Both the position numbers and the translations under genes were made by a program. Below the pieces are notes generated by a model. It was not told where the DNA came from. It made no database searches and saw only the letters and a list, made by a program, of their open reading frames with translations. From Chara braunii (lineage: Eukaryota; Plantae; Charophyceae), in assembly GCA_003427395.1 (NCBI GenBank), contig BFEA01000032.1:2706826-2770825 (forward strand): a DNA stretch of 64,000 nt. The letters are read 5' to 3'. Position 1 is the stretch's first letter. The number at the start of each line of letters is the position of its first letter. Shown piece after piece: positions 38,845 to 52,193 of this stretch.

Positions 38845-39900
38845 GACAACCCAACTTATGGGTATGACTAACCTGCCTAAATCACATGACTAAGACACAC
38901 CAACTTATGGCATGACAGACTTTTGCCTAGACGATTAACATAAGGCGTATGACCAGACCGCGCCAACTTATGATGAGGCTGATCAGGCTTAATATTTGTC
39001 ATACACAAATAACTGAGTTGCCTCAACTCATAAGGATTTCAACCTTTGTCTGAACAAACGACAAAAGACATATGACTAGAACACACCAACTTATGGTGTG
39101 ACTAGCCAGTCTAAACAATGACATATAGCATAAAACTAGATTACCCAACTCATGGGTAGTTCAACCTGCTTAGACAAACTACATGCGAGTATGACTGAAC
39201 AACCCCCAACTTATGGGTCCGTCCAACCTCCGCAGCACAACTACACTCAACAGGTAAGATCACACCTTCATTCTCTCTTCCGACATATGGTACGGTCACT
39301 CCAACTTAGGGAGATCCCCAACCAAGTCTCAATTATGTTTAAAAAATAGTCCAGTTTTGTATTATCTTTCTCAGCATCTTGTTTCATCATGGGCATAGGA
39401 CTGAACTACCCAACTTATGGATGAGTCCAGCATGTCCAAAGTTACCTTTCAATTTTATATTCCAAATGTTATTTATTTTCTGTTTTTGTCTTCTACCGAA
39501 CTATATGGTTAAATCTCCCAACTTATGGCGCCTAGCCTACCAATGATATACATAATACATAATTATATCATATTTTATGCTCTGGTTCCACTTATGTTCA
39601 CAACTCATGACTTTGTCACATCAACTTATGGTGCGACTAACCTATGTCTGTGTCCCCCTCATAAATAAACATAGAACCGAACATAAGCACTTAGAATGCG
39701 ACCATCTTTGTTCAATAACCAAAAGAAACAGGGATTTTGATTACCCTATCCATGGGTCTCATCCTCCGTTCAGAAACCCCAAGAAAAACACGCGACTGGA
39801 CTGTCCAACTTATGGAGCGTCTCAGCCTATAAAAGTCAAGCAAACAACCCATCATACAAAAAGGAAACACAACACTGAGCCTATGCACTTATAACGGACT
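38845..39900 (-). repeat. Hairpin array B: ~13 stem-loops with conserved loop (+ strand CCAACTTATGG)
   Basis: Units near 38851, 38900, 38964, 39024, 39086, 39145, 39206, 39301, 39410, 39518, 39622, 39805 and a degenerate one near 39886; e.g. CACACC-AACTTAT-GGTGTG, TACCC-AACTCAT-GGGTA, CTCC-AACTTAG-GGAG. Confidence 0.88.
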
Positions 39901-41248
39901 CAGCCTTTGGTTAACCCGGTCAAACGCAGGCAAAACCAGCCTTCCTCCCGTCTTCCCTCATTCATTCTGTTTGAATTCATACAAATAATCTGAATTCTCA
40001 CACATACTTATTTGATTAACTTTTAAGATGAAGTAATTAAATTAAAACAAATAAAAGTAGTAAGTTGTCTTAATCATACCTTCAGAGTTTTCAGACATAT
40101 AAAGAGTTTTATATTTTAGGGGATGGGATCACACGCGTAAAACGATCATTATATATGTTCTTTCCTTGCCTCCAGAACCCCGTTTAGGTTTCGACAGATC
40201 TCATGCAATCGGTGGGCTAACTTCCCACAAGGTCTTCCTGCGGATTACGGGTTGCAATCCCGCCTTCCGCTTTCCTCTCCGAACCAATCAGACTAGACTT
40301 AGAGTTAGAAGGGCAGAGATAAAGGTTATTAAGTCTCTCAGATACAAGAAGGGTGCTCTCAAACTTGCGCGAGAGGGCCTTGTAAACTTCATTCGTCCGA
40401 GGGTCCCGCAATGGTGGCAAAAAAAAGCAGTAGAAATGGTTAAATCACAGCCAGAACGTAGAGTACCAGCCCCTGAAAGTCGTCCAAGTTGAAGCAGCAA
40501 CCCTCCTTGTAAAGCCTGATCACCCCTTCAAGTCATACCACCATTCCCCCTTACCAAATCGCAGCTATGCAACCTCGAAAAAAACGCTTTCGAATAGAGC
40601 ACACCCCCATGTTGTGTGTCCGAAATTGGATTTAACGCGGGTTTCGCGTTAAAAAATTCAACGCTCGTTGAATTCGCGTTCAATCCCCGTTTGAACGCGC
40701 ATTGGACGGGAAAAAACGGGTTCCGCAATAATTTTTTTCCTAGGCTAAACATAATCGAAAAAAAAAAATAAAAAAAAATGGGGTCGTAGATCGTTTCGAG
40801 GTCTACGACCCCATATTTTTATTTTTATTTTTTGAGCTTTTAATATATTTTTAAAAAATCAAAAACATAAGCACAATGAAAAAACAAAAGCAAGAAATGA
40901 CACGTCTTTTTTTTTTTGGGTTTCACAGAGATTTTTTAAGGGCTTAAACAAAAACAGAAAAATATATATATATATATATAGGGTTGTAGATCTTTCAAAG
41001 ATGTACAACAAAATATTTTTTTTTTATTTTTTTTATAACCTCGTGTATTTTTAAAAAAATCAAAACCATAAACAACATATTTTTTGGCCTGCATGGCTTA
41101 GGTAATCTTGCTGGGTAGACTCCCTGTTGGGTAGACTCCCTGATTTGGCCTGCTTCGTTCATTGTTGTTGTAACCACCACCATCAGATCATTTGTGATCT
41201 GATGGCTGGGAAGCACTCTGCCGTGATTTCCAGTGGGAGGTCTCTGTT

Positions 41249-41520
41249 CTTTTTTGTTTTTTTTTTGCCTTTCTCCTGTTTTCTCAGCCCAGGAACTCGT
41301 AATGAACCTGTCAGGCCGCTGCCACTCAGTGTCACACTGGATCGGCCACACTCCAATCCGTCTGCTAATGGGACCATGCCCCTGGGGTGTGGTCCCATTA
41401 GCAGTCCGATAGAAGCGTGGCCGATCCAGTGTGACACTGAGTGGCAGCGGCTAGACAAGTTTATTACGAATTTCTGGGCTGAGAAAACAGGAGAAAGGCC
41501 AAAAAAAAAAAAAAAAAAAC
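41249..41520. repeat. ~270-bp foldback (MITE-like long hairpin) with T-run / A-run ends
   Basis: Arms of ~115 bp are near-perfect reverse complements around a ~3-nt loop near 41382. Confidence 0.9.
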
Positions 41521-41989
41521 CTGACAGCAGTGATCCGGACACCCTCCATATACTCCGTGATTGAAGGAGGGCTCCACCCAATGAGATAATTGGACAACAG
41601 CAAGTAAAATGCTGAAAATCTTCTATCCAGTGGGCTAAGGCCGACCCCAACCTCGTTTGGGGTTGGCCACACCCCCAACCGATTGAAAAGATTCTGGCGG
41701 GAAGCTGTCTTTGCACGGGCATGCCCAGTGTTAAGGAGAGGAGGAGGGCAACGAAGATTTCCTTACTTTTTCCAGTAATACATGTAAAACACTGACCGTG
41801 GGATCACGAGTACTGCACTGCAGGATTTGGGTCACTCAACTGCCACACAAACTCTTTTCTATCCTATCCGGTTGCTAGTGGGACCATGCCCCTGGTGCTT
41901 GTCTTCTTTTTTTTTTCCGTTGCAACGGGAAATAACTTTTTTTTTCTTTTTTTTTAAACAACGGGCCCAGTGCCCAAGGCTGATATTAT

Positions 41990-42281
41990 CAATGAAAATG
42001 TTGAGGCCGGGGACCTCACAGTCTACCCGGAGTGAACCCGAAAAACAGCTGAGAACCGGGCTCACACTGCTGTCTGGTCGAAATTGCCCTCAATACTGGT
42101 AGGGTGATGGTCCTGAGTGCTGGTCACACTGAGGTAGGATAGTAGGGACAGGGGGTGTGCTGGGAGTATTAACGTGGGGATGGGTAGTGTAGGTGGCCTA
42201 TCCCTGTTGCTACGAGCAATCACCATGGGTCTGGTCCTTGGCCTCTACAACACCCTGGGCTTTCAAAAAAAAAAAAAAAAA
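41990..42281 (+). mobile_element. 5'-truncated poly(A) retroposon tail, same family as 8492-8960
   Basis: Homology plus poly(A) at 42265-42281. Confidence 0.7.
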
Positions 42282-44155
42282 CAAAGAATGGATCTTCTGC
42301 TAGANNNNNNNNNNNNNNNNNNNNNNNNNNNNNNNNNNNNNNNNNNNNNNNNNNNNNNNNNNNNNNNNNNNNNNNNNNNNNNNNNNNNNNNNNNNNNNNN
42401 NNNNNNNNNNNNNNGATTGTCTTTTGTGCATGTGGTGAGTAGAAGCCCTTAGGGCCACTGCACGTATTCCTAAAAAAAGAAAAACGAGAAAAAACAGAAG
42501 AAAAATGAGAAAACAAAAAAAAAAACGGGAAAACAAAAGAAAGAAGAGAAACAAAAAAAAAAACGAGAACACAGAGAATTCGTGACCCATAACTAAGCTG
42601 CACAGACTGCCACAGACCTGAATTCGAATCCAGACTATATATTCTCGGGCCACACAAACAGTTTCGAAGTTGCTGCTCCACGAAGGGTCGTTGTTAACTC
42701 GTAGGGACCCTTCGGAAATGAGACTGGACGACTAGATTGCAGCCTTTGTGAAAAACAAAGGAAAAAAAAGAAGGAAATGCATCCACATGCACACGTATGT
42801 GCTCCCAGTCTTGGGGTGTGTGGTGACCCTTACTTTTTTTCCCTCTTGCTGTTTGAATTTCGGGAGGGCGGGGCAAGTTTGGCCACCCCACCCTCTTAGC
42901 AGGGGTCAATTTGTTTGTTTGTTTTTTCGTTGTTTTTAGTGTCTGGGCGCGTAGGGCCACGTGTCCGAGGCCCAACGCGCCGGTTCCGTTTTTCAAAATT
43001 CAACGGAACACCCCCGTTTTCACGTTAAACGCGATTTAACGGGGGGCCCCAGGCGCGTTGAACGGGTTCAACGGCGTTGAATTTTGCAGCGGAACACCCC
43101 CGTTTTCGCGTTAAATGCGATTTAACGGGGGGGCCCAGGCCCGTTGAACGGGTTCAACGGCATTGAATTTCGCCCGTTCTCCGTTCATAGGACACACAGC
43201 CCCCATGCTCTACTAGGAGTGGTAGCGAAACTGCAGCACTGCTTAGTCAAAATCAGTAGGTCAAAGAACCCGATACAAGTTTCCCAAGGCTTAGCAACAA
43301 CAACTTGTTGCATCCTCTGAAAACACAACAGTATTCGGCAGCAATGACAACTTCAAAAAGTTGTCAAAAAGAGATTAACAATCCTTTTCGCAGATTGTAG
43401 CAGCACTTGTGCCCACAATATCAAGTTCATAAATCAGCAACACCAACACTTCGAAGACACAGGAGTCCGGATCGACAACAACGTCGAACTAAGTAAACGA
43501 ATGGCCGCTTTGATTTACGGAACCAGGCAACATCCAAACCACTGAACTCCATTTAGCGGATGACCGAAACGATCGTATGGACAATGCCAACATGACATTC
43601 TTTTGTGCTCTCTCTATTTTATTCTAAGAGTGCCTTTTTTTTTTTCACTTTTTTTTTTCTCTCTCTCTCTATCTTTCTCCCTTATCTCAAGTGCTCTTTC
43701 CGCTTGTTTGCTCTGTTTCTCTCTTGATCTGCCCAAGAGGCTTTGCGCACTTCGGTTGCGTCTCCCTTTCTCTGTGGTGGCGGCTCTAGCGACTTCGTTA
43801 GTCATAGTATGGTGGGGTCGCAACATAGGGACTGGTTTCTATACCTCTCTCTACTGTTTATCACTTTTTGGTGCAACCTGTTTTTCCTTAAAATCTTAGT
43901 TTCTTCTACAGTCCGCTCTCTCTTTTTTCTTTTTTGTTGTTGTGTTCTCCCTTTACCGTGACTCCATTTCATGGCATCTATCATTTACTTTTGTGTTGTG
44001 GTTAGGCTTCCGTCTGAAGATCCTTGCCTTTTTGAGTCGTGTTTTGTTAGGTGTTTTACCTGTTTCGTAAAGGAACTTGTTTTTCGACTCCCTACGTTAA
44101 GATCCGACAACGTTTTGAGTATCTGTGTTTGTGTTCTCCCCTTTCGCTAAGCGTA

Positions 44156-45617
44156 ATGGCGGATGACAGTCAATTCTCTCCTATAGAGAGGGGATGTTAT
44201 CATTGTCGGCAGCCAGGTCATTACATCTACTGACATTGGCAGGATGACCTTATTTTTGGCACCCCGGTCTCTCGCTATAGCGGTGAGGCTTCCTTCCCTC
44301 CTTCGCAGGCTGCTCCCGGATCGTCGTTTGTTCCTTCAGCGCCACCTCTTCGCTTCGGTCCACCTCAGTCTTCGCCCCCAACGGCGTGTCTGCTGTACCG
44401 TACGAACTTCAGCCCTACGATCCCGCCTCCTGCAGGGTCTTGGGCGCCTCGCCCTCGTACGAATGACGGTGAAGTTGTTTTGCTTTTGAGAGAATTGGTC
44501 AACGATTGAAGGGAAGAGAAGCATCACCGTCGGGAGGAAGAGGAGCGGCGACTCAGGGAGGAGCAGGGAAGGATTGTCAAGGAAGAAGAGAAGAAGCACC
44601 TAGAAGAAGAAGCACGTGAAGCGGAGGGGGAGAGAATGGCCAGAATGATTAATTCCAAAATGGAGGAGTTGGACAAGCAGTACCAGGCTAGGTCAGAAGA
44701 AGAAAGCAAGAAGATGTGGAGGGAGATGGCGATTTCCGAGCCTGTTCGGAGTAAGAAGGGTAAGGAAGTTACCGAGGATGGTGACAACTGCAAACGAGTG
44801 CAGAGTGAGATAGAAGGGTCGCCTCCTTTCCAGCCTGCGCACGGCCGAATCTACCAAGGTTGGGGGAGCTCAAATTGGTGGCCTTGATGTGGGTTCGCTA
44901 CTTATGGAGATCGACAACGTGAAGCGCTCTCAAGATTCGCAATTCGGGGTTATGAGGCGCATGATGGATTTGGTGGAGAAGCTCAGTTCCTCTATTCCCT
45001 CTTCCTGTGTTCCCAATCCCATTCATCTCGATACTTCCATCCCCTCTCATCCCCCTCCCCCCCTCTCTTCCCCCCCTCCTCCTCCTCCACCCTCTTTTGC
45101 TGCACCTCAATCTTTGAACCCTCCCCCTGCCTCTCCTCCACCTCCTTACCCTTACGCTCAAAAGAAGAAGATTCCAGACTCTCAGGCAAACTCTTCCAGA
45201 GGACGCCCTCAGGATAAGACTCCCGATGGTAATCGCTTCTGCGCCAGGTTGGTGGATATGTTTGCCTTTGTGGAGGGCAATTCTGTTAGAAGAAGGACGC
45301 CGATATCCCCTCCTAGACACATGGTAGAGGAGGAACCCCTGGGGTTTGACAGGGTCATACCTGGGAAGAAAGTGGATGTGGCGTCATCAGGCAAAAAAGG
45401 ACGTGTCAAGTATGTGGAAGATCTTAAGAAGGAGCTTCTCAATAAGTCCAAGTATCAACTCGAGTCTCTGTGTAAGGCTGACAAGATCAAGTATCACAAT
45501 ACGAAGCAGGCTTCCGCTGATTTGGCCGAGATCCGTCGTGATGCGTATGGTGACCAGTCTATGGACGAGGGACTCCACAACATTAAGGCTGATGTTCAAG
45601 AGGAAAACCTCTCCTAA
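44156..45617 (+). pseudogene. Retroelement ORF1-like: CCHC zinc knuckle, E/R-rich coiled coil, Pro-rich linker (disrupted)
   Basis: MADDSQFSPIERGCYHCRQPGHYIY* (Cx2Cx4H, last Cys lost), followed by charged and Pro-rich ORF fragments 44636-44887 and 44889-45617. Confidence 0.6.
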
Positions 45618-45717
45618 GGGTTTGTCGATCCTGCTGAACTATGGCACTATTGGAATTTTGACGGCTCATCTGCAATTGTGTTATGTAACGAAAGGGTGAT
45701 TGTGAGATGCTCGAAGC

Positions 45718-46682
45718 TTGGGCTCGTTTTTTGCTAATTTTTTGGTTTTTCTTGGGCAGATCGCTTGGGCTAGGAATTATGTTGCCATTTGGCTAGATCT
45801 GCTTCATGCTGGATATGACATCTTTATGCCCTGCGCTCCATGTGTGTATGTCCTGTTGTCTCCCTCCTTCCATGCCACCCATGTGGGTTCCACCTCCCAG
45901 TCTCTATCAGTTCTTTGGCACGAACATACAAGGCTATCTTTTGATGGAACGGACCGGTGCAGCCATCGGCTTCGGCAGTGGTTTCGGAAGACGGGTTCTT
46001 CCCTCTATGTTGCCTTTCCAGTTGCTTTCCCTTCCTTAGTGAGTTGCGTAGCGTCGAGGCTTTCCTTATTTCCCTCTGGTCCACGGTCCTTAATTCGCAA
46101 GGAAAGCCGAAGAAACACGGATGTAAAAGGAAGGGTAGAAGGGAACATGCTGCTTTTTTAAGGAAAGCTGGGGGTCAGGCTCCGCAGCGTCCTTCTCTTG
46201 GTCGAGTGATCACTTTTGAGTCAAGTCCTGGCAGCTCCTTGCTCCCAACCCCTTCCCTCCCTTTCCTCCTCTTCTTACTCACTGCTAACTTCTTTGAATG
46301 ACTGCCTCGATTCCAATCGCCTATGCATTACAGTTAGGAGTTCTGGTGGGAATGTTTGCTTGGATGCTGGAGTCCCATTGTCAGGATTTTTGGCCTTTCA
46401 ACGGTCTCCCTCAATGGCCGCACCACCCTGTTGAAATTCCTTCGGTTTGAGATAATGAATGGCGGTTTGTTCTATTTTGTTTGCGTTCAGAGGCACTTCA
46501 ACGCTCAGGAGGCCATCCCATTGGCCTGGATATCAGAACTGAAAAGAGGCCCGAGGATAAGACTGGGGGACTGGGTCGCCATGCCTGAGGATTGGCCGAT
46601 CCTGATGGCATTGTACAAGGTTGACAAGGTACTCGATAACATAACGCTGCTTCAGGCCTATACACCCCGACTCCCGGGATAA
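45718..46682 (+). pseudogene. GIY-YIG-like endonuclease plus linker, N-terminal part of a Penelope-like ORF2 (truncated)
   Basis: CVYVLLSPSFHATHVGSTSQSLSVLWHEH matches the GIY-x-YIG-T...R..EH pattern. 46356-46682 resembles the start of ORF 22357-24504. Confidence 0.65.
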
Positions 46683-46689
46683 CGGTGGT

Positions 46690-47830
46690 CAAAATTGTTC
46701 AAAGAAGATAACCTGGACCACCAGCGACCCGCCACGGGCTCATAAGAGTACGGGTCCTCAATGACAGGAGGACGGCCCGTATGCATATGAACCATCGATC
46801 CCCCTCAACCAATTGCTGTTTGAACCCCAGGAATGGGAATGGCACCAGGCGGGGAGCTGCACACTTCAGATATGGCAGTACACGGTTAAAAATGGATACA
46901 GGATAGCTCGGCAAAAAACACACATCACAGATCGGATTGGAGCACGATGGGAGAGATAATCTCCCCTTAGAAGGGGGGACTTACATAGTCTTAATTGGGC
47001 TTCCTATTCACGGATCCGGCCCACCAATCTGAGAGCTCTTCAATGGCAAATTATCCACAGATGCCTTCCTAACCCGGACTGGCTCGCATCCAGAATGAAT
47101 TTGGAAATCCTGGGAGAGTTATCCCCACTCTGCAGCTACTGCAGTGGAACAAGGTCCCCCCAAAGAAGGGCCACCTTGGAACATTGTCTTCTGGACTGCC
47201 CTATGGTGGCCCAATTGTGGAGTTGGTGGGACGCGACATGGCATTACCTCACATGAACACATATACCATGGGATATCAAAGCGATCCTGCTGGGGGAAAA
47301 AACACCACAAATGGCCCAATGGACGCCCTTCATGACCGACCTGTTCACCACTACTTTCCTACCAATGCTTATGGGAGGGTGGCGAATGAGGTGCGCACAC
47401 GAACGCAAGTAGCACACATTTGGGTATATGGAAGCACGGGCATCAATCGCCGAAACAATCACGGTCAGTACACATGCGGCCTGGCAAGAGCTTCGAAACA
47501 TTCTGACAAACGAAACCAGATGCAGTCAAACGTAATGACCTCTCACACTTCTTCCGCACGCTATGGGTGGATAACGAACAGAGGCTCTGTGAACTGGATC
47601 CGGACAACTATCTGCGATGGAACCCGATGGGAACGCCTGCCCCGGGACCACTTTCATATCCCCTTCCAACTGACCAATTTCATCCTGGTTCCAACATAGC
47701 AGTCTGCATTCTCAAATCTCATGGCCCCCCGCATCCCCTGCTCCAGTGATCCCAACGCCCCTGCCCCTAATGTGAGCGAGCCCCACTGCCACCAACCCCC
47801 CCCCCCCCCCCCTCTACTATTCAACCACTT
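46690..47830 (+). mobile_element. Decayed L1-like LINE ORF2 C-terminal fragment
   Basis: Manual translation gives LQWQIIHRCLPNPDWL (~47039) and LEHCLLDCPMVAQLWSWWDATW..PWDIKAILLGE (~47177), homologous to ORF 2326-3276. Ends uncertain. Confidence 0.75.
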
Positions 47831-49311
47831 TCTTCTCTCCCCCCCCTTCCACCCCGATGCTGATTGCCGGCCAAGCAAGGACTCCCTCCCTCTCAAGAAG
47901 TACCATGCATCAATTACGACCCCAGCGACAGAGGAGCAGCAAAGGGTAACAGCGGCAGCGTAAGGAAGGGGCATGGAGCATGAAGACCAGAGCCACACCT
48001 TCTCCAGTCGCAGGACACCTGGACAAAAAGGGACGTGACATGTACATACAGGAGTAAAGGGACGAACGATTTCAAATCGGGGAGCTTACAACAGTACCAG
48101 GACCTGTGGAGGTCAGATGGGGGTTGGGGTGCTGAGGGGGTGGGCACAGAAAGGCGCAGCACCCCCTCACGGGATTATGATTGCTGAGCGGACAGCACAA
48201 CACAGCTACACACTGTGATACACTGGGACTTTGGGACAATAGGCTACAAGATACAGTGGTATGGGATTAATGGGAGGGTGGGCACAGGGGGGTCGTTGGG
48301 GCTGTGGCCTCACGCCCCACAGTTCTGAATAAAGAACACGAAAGACGTGAGATTAAGTCAGCAACAGCCCGGACTTACCGATACAGGGATACATGGAAAC
48401 AGATGATACGAAAAAAGATAACACTCCCACAACCGGGAGACTGGGGGGGTGGGATTAGATGGTTTCTGGGACGGTGGGAACAGGTGGTGGTTAAGGCAGA
48501 TCCACATAACCACGCTAACACCTTACTGCACACTGTCACAGCCCCGCACAAGAATGCAGCCCAAGTTATGGCAGGCAAAAGGTGGAATGACGGGACAACA
48601 GGGTTCAAGGTTTATGGATTTATGGGTGTAAGAGGTAAAGGGTTCAAAGAGACCTGCCATAACACTTGGGCTTATTGGCCACATAATTGCGCTGGATAGA
48701 ATTAGCCCACTGACAAATTGACTGACATACATGCATGGTCCGTAGGAAACACAGTTAGGAACACAGTTAGGAACACTCTCAACCACATCTTATATAGCAC
48801 ACCGCGATATGAGGCAAGAAACACACGCAGGAACACCTTCAACAGACACAGACAGAATAGCATATGGCAACGTGAAGATAGATAGTCGATAAACAGCAAG
48901 TGAATGTCAACAGGTCAGGATGACAACATCATAAGCAATAGTTCACTGAATAATTCATCACAAAAGATCTGATAAAGCGCTGGGCCACTCACTGCCCAGC
49001 CCCTCATGCATACTGACAAACCATGCTTTCACTACCTTTGTTTCTCACCTTGTATTAAGGCAGAAATTTGTTTTGGTCTCGCTTTGGCAGGTCCCATGGA
49101 CCAGGAAACTGTTATCTGATTTCTCCCTTTCCAATCTTATTAAGCTATTTAATACCATTAATATGTTTTCTGCCAACAAAACGAAAGGAAATTTGAAAAG
49201 GATTGTTGGACCAATGATCACTAGGAAAGTTGGGTTTCCTTGCGTCAGCCCTTTGGTAGTTAAATTGAGATTTGATGAGCGTATCAGCAAGGTGGTTGTG
49301 GCTCAGGCAAC

Positions 49312-49560
49312 CTATGTGACACCCGTAGCCTAGGCCGCGGGCAAATCGGCCGCCGCGGCCGGGGCCAACGAGGCCAACTTCGCGGCCCCTTTTTTTGTTT
49401 TTTTTTGTTTTGGTCGAAAAATAAGTAAAAATAACATAAAAACATGTGGGGTTGTAGGGTTTGCAAAACCCTACAACCCCATAACGTTTTTTTTTCGAAT
49501 TTGACTTGATTTACGATTTAAAAAAAAAATGAAAAACGAAACTTGGTTGAAAAGAAAGAA
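49312..49560. mobile_element. Terminus of the same TIR family as 14094-15763
   Basis: CTATGTGACACCCGTAGCCTAGGCCGCGGG matches the reverse complement of 15735-15763; subterminal palindrome at 49445-49482. Confidence 0.75.
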
Positions 49561-49649
49561 AGAAAGAAAGAAAGCAGAATTTTGTTTGTCCCATTTTTTT
49601 CATGGCTGATATGGAGTTGAGAGTCCTCCTAAAAGGAAAAGCAGGTATT

Positions 49650-50445
<796 letters not shown>

Positions 50446-51229
50446 TAAGAGTCCTCCTAAAAGGAAAAGCACAACCACTCATTCTTCTGAGCGCGAAAAA
50501 TCACTGAAATTGGAGTACTTCTGTTGGCCCACTCATGGCTGACTGGCAAAAATGGAAATTGTGCTGAATCGGTGCGGCGATTATTTCGTGGTCTTAGTGA
50601 AATTTCTAAATTTTTCTGATATTTTTCCTGGAGATAGCACGACCTATTCTACGGGTTCTCAAATTTTCAGACTTTTCTGTGAATTCTTCTGAACAAAAAA
50701 AAGTCTCCAAAGTTGCATCTTGCGAACACCATTTCGGAATCGCCCAGTTTCACCAAAGGGACCCCACCATGGCCTATCCCTCCGAGTGCCACTACGCATG
50801 GGACTTACGCGTGAGACCTGTCCTTTGAAATGCTTACCTACCGGCAGGGCCTCCTTAAGGGTGTGGATCCTCCGCTAGCGCTTGAAGGACCAGTCATACC
50901 AGAATTTGGACCTCTATATGCCCTCTTTAGCAGTGGTAGCCCGCCGCCATAATTCGGCCACCTTGACACAGACAGCGGACCCCACCATATCGCAGCCCTT
51001 AGGGCTGCAATTTTCAGAGGAATAAGAACAGGGGTTGAGAAGTGTGAGTCCTTCCTTTAAAGGAAGCAATGAATGCTGCCACTCAGGGTCCCTTGACCGT
51101 AACGAAGGGAAGAGTGAAGTGAGTGGATCTTTGCAAGGGACGCTGAACGCGGTTTCCAGCAAATACTCCAAAATACAGTTGCATTGAAATAATAATAATA
51201 GTAAAAGAAAATTTGCAAAGTACCCCTGA

Positions 51230-51533
51230 AAGTTCAACTATATGCTAACATACCCCTTAAAGATGTGGGTAGAGCAGAATACCCCTCTGACATTTCACAA
51301 GTTTGTGAAATGCCCTTTTTGACCTAAATCTTTGCAATCTATCCCTGTCAAGGGGTTGTGCAAGTTTGCATTCTGCCCATGACAGGGGTATAGCACCAAC
51401 TTGGCAACCCACTGACAGGGGTATAATGCAACGATTTAGATCGAAAATGGCATTTAGGAAACTTGTGAAATGTCAGAGGGGTATTCTGCTCTACCCACAT
51501 GTTTTAGGGGTACTTCAACATATATGTGAACTT
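51230..51533. mobile_element. MITE (long inverted repeat)
   Basis: ATGTGGGTAGAGCAGAATACCCCTCTGACATTTCACAAGTTT pairs with AAACTTGTGAAATGTCAGAGGGGTATTCTGCTCTACCCACAT. Confidence 0.85.
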
Positions 51534-51577
51534 AAATGATAATAATAGCAATCCGAAGTAGGAGAAACTACGTGGGC

Positions 51578-51739
51578 GTCACAAAAATGAGTTATCATTG
51601 CACTACGGGCCAAGATACAGTTTCAAATTGCAGTTTCGGGCAATGTATGCAACCCAGCTTTCTGGCCAGGTAGGGTGCCCGAAGTGCAATTGCAAACTGT
51701 ATCTTGCCCCGTAGTGCAATTATAACTCGTTTTTGTGAC
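51578..51739. mobile_element. MITE (inverted repeat)
   Basis: GTCACAAAAATGAGTTATCATTGCACTACGGG...CCCGTAGTGCAATTATAACTCGTTTTTGTGAC. Confidence 0.8.
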
Positions 51740-52193
51740 TCTACTGAAGTTACCCCTATAATTACAGCAATAACAACAATACTTATGTGAGTGTATTGGA
51801 TGATGTGGCTAGTGCTAGAAATTTGGCCTATTCAAAGGTAAGAGTTCAGAGAAAGATGCTAGCGCCGGGAAGGAGCTATCATCGTTGATGATGACCACAG
51901 CAGTATCATTGCTGACAAACACAGCAGCATCACAGGCAAAAATAAAGTCAAAGACTCAGACCCAAGCCCCACGGGGCTGTATACGTGTGCCTTGTACTGC
52001 CTACTAGCTCAACATTGTCTGCATTGATCAGAATTTGTGCTACCCTCTTCACCAGAAAAGAACGTATGGAAAATTTGCCTGCATTGGGAACAACTTTCAG
52101 TCTTAGATACAGCGATAATGACCATAAGTTACATTCGGGGGAAGACGGTAGTCCAACAGAGGGCAGGACCTCATAATGGGGACTGAAAGGTAC

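Larger units (their letters stand above)
40612..43199. mobile_element. Non-autonomous TIR DNA transposon with 8-bp TSD, carrying nested insertions
   Basis: TIR TTGTGTGTCC / GGACACACAG; perfect TSD CCCCCATG at 40604-40611 and 43200-43207; palindrome-rich subtermini including an ~87-bp x2 repeat at 43003-43170. Confidence 0.85.
36323..43597 (-). mobile_element. Non-coding LTR-like element B containing hairpin array B, interrupted by a DNA transposon at 40612-43199
   Basis: TGTCATG...CATGACA candidate termini and homology blocks with element A; no TSD seen; strand taken from element A. Confidence 0.45.

Noticed and set aside
49049-49170. Candidate small minus-strand exon (polypyrimidine-CAG ... 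AG|GTGAG) of the 52-54 kb gene
   Set aside because: Splice signals are plausible but the peptide is unrecognisable; needs RNA-seq.
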